8,386 bases of DNA from Nanobdellota archaeon (GTDB lineage: Archaea; Nanobdellota; Nanobdellia; Nanobdellales; Nanobdellaceae). The stretch is from the NCBI GenBank assembly GCA_020697515.1, contig JAIXNB010000013.1:1-8386 (forward strand), written 5' to 3'. The translations under genes were made by a program, and so were the position numbers. The notes under the pieces are model-generated. The model saw nothing but the letters and a program-made list of their open reading frames with translations. It ran no database searches and was not told the origin of the DNA. Each line of letters opens with the position of its first letter. The first letter of the stretch is position 1. This document shows, one piece after another, positions 5,799 through 8,386 of the stretch.

Positions 5799-5873
5799 GC
5801 CCCCGTCGTCTAGCCAGGTCTAGGATGCGGGGTTTTCGTCCCCGAGACCCGGGTTCGAATCCCGGCGGGGGCA
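5799..5873 (+). tRNA. tRNA-Glu (anticodon UUC), intronless, CCA not encoded
   Basis: Hand-folded cloverleaf of 75 nt. Acceptor is GCCCCCG/CGGGGGC and the discriminator is A. D stem is GUCU/GGAU with an 11-nt loop containing GG, and position 26 is G. Anticodon stem is CGGGG/CCCCG with loop UU-UUC-GU. The variable loop is AGAC. T arm is CCGGG-UUCGAAU-CCCGG. T-rich runs follow at 5882-5886 and 5897-5900. Confidence 0.96.
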
Positions 5874-5910
5874 AGTTTAGTCTTTTAATCTGGGACTTTT
5901 AGAGTTTGTT

Positions 5911-8277
5911 TTACTTTTCTTTTAACCAATTAAATATCTTTTTAGCCCCCTTCTTTATTTTTCTTCTAGCTTCCCCGACTTTAATATCAAAATATTTTGC
6001 AACTTTCCTCATACTCCAGGCTAAATAAATTTTTGATATTAATAATAACTCCTCTTCCTTGGTTAGTTTTGGCCTATCTTTTTTGGTATACATAAAATAG
6101 TATGTTGTTAGGTTTCGAACTATATCTGCTGCAGCCTCATAAGTCATGGGTCCTCTAAAATATACTTTGGCTCTTTGTATTTGGTTATCGGTTAGTAATG
6201 GGTTGAAATGAGGTTCATGTTCATAAGGAGTTTGTAGAAGTTGCCAGATTAATTCAGGAGTCATATCGAAGAATACATCAGTTATTTGATTTAAGAATCT
6301 CCATCTAAACTCGTAATTTAGCTTTCTTACTATTTTGTTAGTTTTTTCATCGAGTGGTTTTAATACTATAACAGAATACTCCCCAGAAACTCTGTTTTTC
6401 TCTGGGGATATATGAACTACTACAAAACCATTTTTCTGCCAAAATCTTAAAAGTTCAACTGTTGCTCCAAATCCAGAGCCTAACCAATTATATTTAATAT
6501 TCTCAGCCCAAATAGATAGCTCGCGTAGCGCCGTAGATCCTAAGCCCTTGCCCTGAGCTTCGGGATGGGTAGCAATTCTAACAATTCTTAATCCTTTTAG
6601 TTTAGGAAACTCAGTTTCCCTATAATGTTTTGCAATTACGTCCGGAATTATGTTACCTTTGGGTTTATAATCCTTTAGCATTCTTTTGATAGTATCTTCC
6701 GGAATATTTCCTTCATACGCTACTTGTATAGCTGTTACAATCTTATTAGATCCTAATTCAAGTGAAAATCCATCATGATGTGGCGCATCGGCTATCATGG
6801 CGATATCATTGGGTCTATTTTGATAATGTGCCAAGATATATATCCCGACGAACTGCCTAAGTTTTTCCTCTTCTTTTTCAAACCACTTTTCTAGAGGAAT
6901 TTTGTAAAATATTGTAGCTTTTTCCTTTATCTGTTGTAAATCCTTTTCATCCAAATGGGCGGGTTCAGCATCTAATAATAGTGTATCAAACAGCCATTTT
7001 TCAATTGGGTCATTATCATTATATCTTATTGGCTCTTTCATTTTATACTCATATACCTTAAAATTCGTATTTTCCTTTAGATGTTTTAGGAACCTTACTG
7101 AAAAGGATCTTCCAGCTCCCTCATAACCATGGATAGTTGAAGAAAACACTAACTTCTTATATTTTTTTAAATAATCGTATAAAATAGTAACACTTATACC
7201 TGCAGCTTCATCCACAAATAGAAAATTATATTTTTTATCCAAGATATTTAATGGTTCTCTATATTCTATGAAGATCTTATTTTTTATAGAGAGCTTCTTC
7301 TTAGATACTTTTTTGAAATTTATATTTAATTTTTTTAGCCCTATCTCCAAGAACTCGAACAGTGTTTCTATATTGTCAAAAGATGGAGAAGTTATTCCAA
7401 TGTCCCACTTTCCTTTTTTATCTAAAAGTATTTCTGTTAAACCTGCTATTGCTAGTCCTAAAACTGCGCTCTTACCTCTCCCTCTATCAGCAATCACAAC
7501 ATAAGCTTTCCTATCTTTATCTAGCAATCCCTCTAATAACTTTAGCACTTCTATTTGATCTTGTGTATATGCAACCCTATATATTCTCTCCGAGAAAAGT
7601 GTATCTGAGGGAAGAATTATCTTTTTTCTCTCAGGAAATATCACATCTCTTTCTACTTTTTTTTCAGGCCCCTTTATTACACCCTTTTTGACATCATAGA
7701 TGTATATTCCTCTATGTTCCAAGAGTTTTCTTTTGAATCTTTTTTCAAATATTTTTCTAACATCCTTAAGTTCATAGGGAGGAGTTAGTAGATGCTTATG
7801 GAAGGTAGTATAAACCTGTTCAAAGTTCTCAAAATCTTCTATTAACATAAATATTACCCCCCCACCTCTAACTGTTCCAACTAACCTCCCTAAATCATCT
7901 GGAGTAAGACTTCTATACATGTCTAGAATTAAAAAATCATATGTTTTACCCATATATTCTTTTGAATTCCTATATTTACCTCTCTTTATCTTTAAATATG
8001 ATAAATCTTCTCTGTTTATAAGATCTTTAAATTCACTATATCTTTTTAAGTAATCTCCATGATAGTCCTCAGTAACATACAAACCTATTACTTCACTTTT
8101 AAAATTATACATAATCTTTGCATATGAAAGTACCATATTTGCTAGCAACCTCTCATAATTTCTTCCAGATAGAACAACTAATCTCCTATGATTGTTCTGT
8201 ATTGCCTCTGCAACAGCAGATTCAAACAAATCCTTCAAATCTTTTGGTAAGTCATATTCAGCATTAACTAACACCAT
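5911..8277 (-). CDS. tmcA: tRNA/RNA cytidine N4-acetyltransferase TmcA (archaeal Nat10 homologue)
   Basis: 788 aa. It has the N-terminal HRRLVVLSGR (DUF1726-type) region, helicase Walker A ADRGRGKSAVLG, Walker B FLFVDEAAGI and GNAT acetyl-CoA motif RIVRIATHPEAQGKGLGSTAL, followed by a helical C-terminal RNA-binding region. The domain order matches TmcA/Nat10. Confidence 0.95.
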   Translation of the reverse strand: MVLVNAEYDLPKDLKDLFESAVAEAIQNNHRRLVVLSGRNYERLLANMVLSYAKIMYNFKSEVIGLYVTEDYHGDYLKRYSEFKDLINREDLSYLKIKRGKYRNSKEYMGKTYDFLILDMYRSLTPDDLGRLVGTVRGGGVIFMLIEDFENFEQVYTTFHKHLLTPPYELKDVRKIFEKRFKRKLLEHRGIYIYDVKKGVIKGPEKKVERDVIFPERKKIILPSDTLFSERIYRVAYTQDQIEVLKLLEGLLDKDRKAYVVIADRGRGKSAVLGLAIAGLTEILLDKKGKWDIGITSPSFDNIETLFEFLEIGLKKLNINFKKVSKKKLSIKNKIFIEYREPLNILDKKYNFLFVDEAAGISVTILYDYLKKYKKLVFSSTIHGYEGAGRSFSVRFLKHLKENTNFKVYEYKMKEPIRYNDNDPIEKWLFDTLLLDAEPAHLDEKDLQQIKEKATIFYKIPLEKWFEKEEEKLRQFVGIYILAHYQNRPNDIAMIADAPHHDGFSLELGSNKIVTAIQVAYEGNIPEDTIKRMLKDYKPKGNIIPDVIAKHYRETEFPKLKGLRIVRIATHPEAQGKGLGSTALRELSIWAENIKYNWLGSGFGATVELLRFWQKNGFVVVHISPEKNRVSGEYSVIVLKPLDEKTNKIVRKLNYEFRWRFLNQITDVFFDMTPELIWQLLQTPYEHEPHFNPLLTDNQIQRAKVYFRGPMTYEAAADIVRNLTTYYFMYTKKDRPKLTKEEELLLISKIYLAWSMRKVAKYFDIKVGEARRKIKKGAKKIFNWLKEK

Positions 8278-8315
8278 TTTAACCCTTGATATAAAAATAA
8301 TTTTATTTTAATAAT

Positions 8316-8386
8316 ATATATCCTTAGGATATCCTGCCCTTAATATTTTAACAACCTTCATAGATTATGTTAACATTAGTTAACAT
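8316..8386. repeat. Copy B of the 71+ bp perfect direct repeat, truncated by the window end
   Basis: Identical to 4471-4541 at an offset of exactly 3845 bp. It begins 39 nt upstream of the tmcA start codon (8277), so it occupies the tmcA upstream region. The visible TTAACA motifs are at 8348, 8370 and 8380. Confidence 0.95.

Noticed and set aside
7268-7691. Two overlapping plus-strand ORFs (78 and 109 aa)
   Set aside because: Both are antisense inside tmcA, across its well-conserved helicase region. They are shadow ORFs.
4471-8386. Direct repeats as attL/attR of an integrated virus or plasmid
   Set aside because: The bracketed genes are core housekeeping (trm1, tRNA-Glu, tmcA). There is no integrase or mobile-element gene, and the repeats do not overlap the tRNA gene as archaeal att sites usually do. 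This is not fully excluded, but it is not the favoured reading.

Overview
This is a visibly AT-rich archaeal chromosomal segment; hand counts of a few lines give about 20-32% G+C. The one tRNA has all-G:C stems, which suggests a (hyper)thermophile, and most genes look leaderless, with a TATA-like box about 24-30 nt before the ATG. I cannot assign the organism. The window is dominated by RNA-maturation functions. In order: a 5'-truncated RNase P Rpp30-like subunit (+), an ASCH-domain protein with an HTH-like tail (-), a well-formed C/D box sRNA (+), and archease (-). Then come a lone SecF-like membrane protein (-), two overlapping hypothetical exported proteins (+), Trm1 (-), tRNA-Glu(UUC) (+) and the ac4C acetyltransferase TmcA (-). 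The least explained signal is a perfectly identical direct repeat of at least 71 bp (4471-4541 and 8316-8386, the second cut by the window edge) bracketing trm1-tRNAGlu-tmcA. It carries nested palindromes, and in the fully visible copy it runs into an array of seven TTAACA (mostly GTTAACAT) motifs on a 10-12 bp lattice. The second theme is a possible ac4C writer/eraser pairing. TmcA lies near an ASCH protein that keeps the Lys/Thr/Arg strand motif I recall from the ac4C amidohydrolase YqfB. The two proteins also end in similar HTH-like tails. All family calls are by-eye motif recognition; no searches were run.
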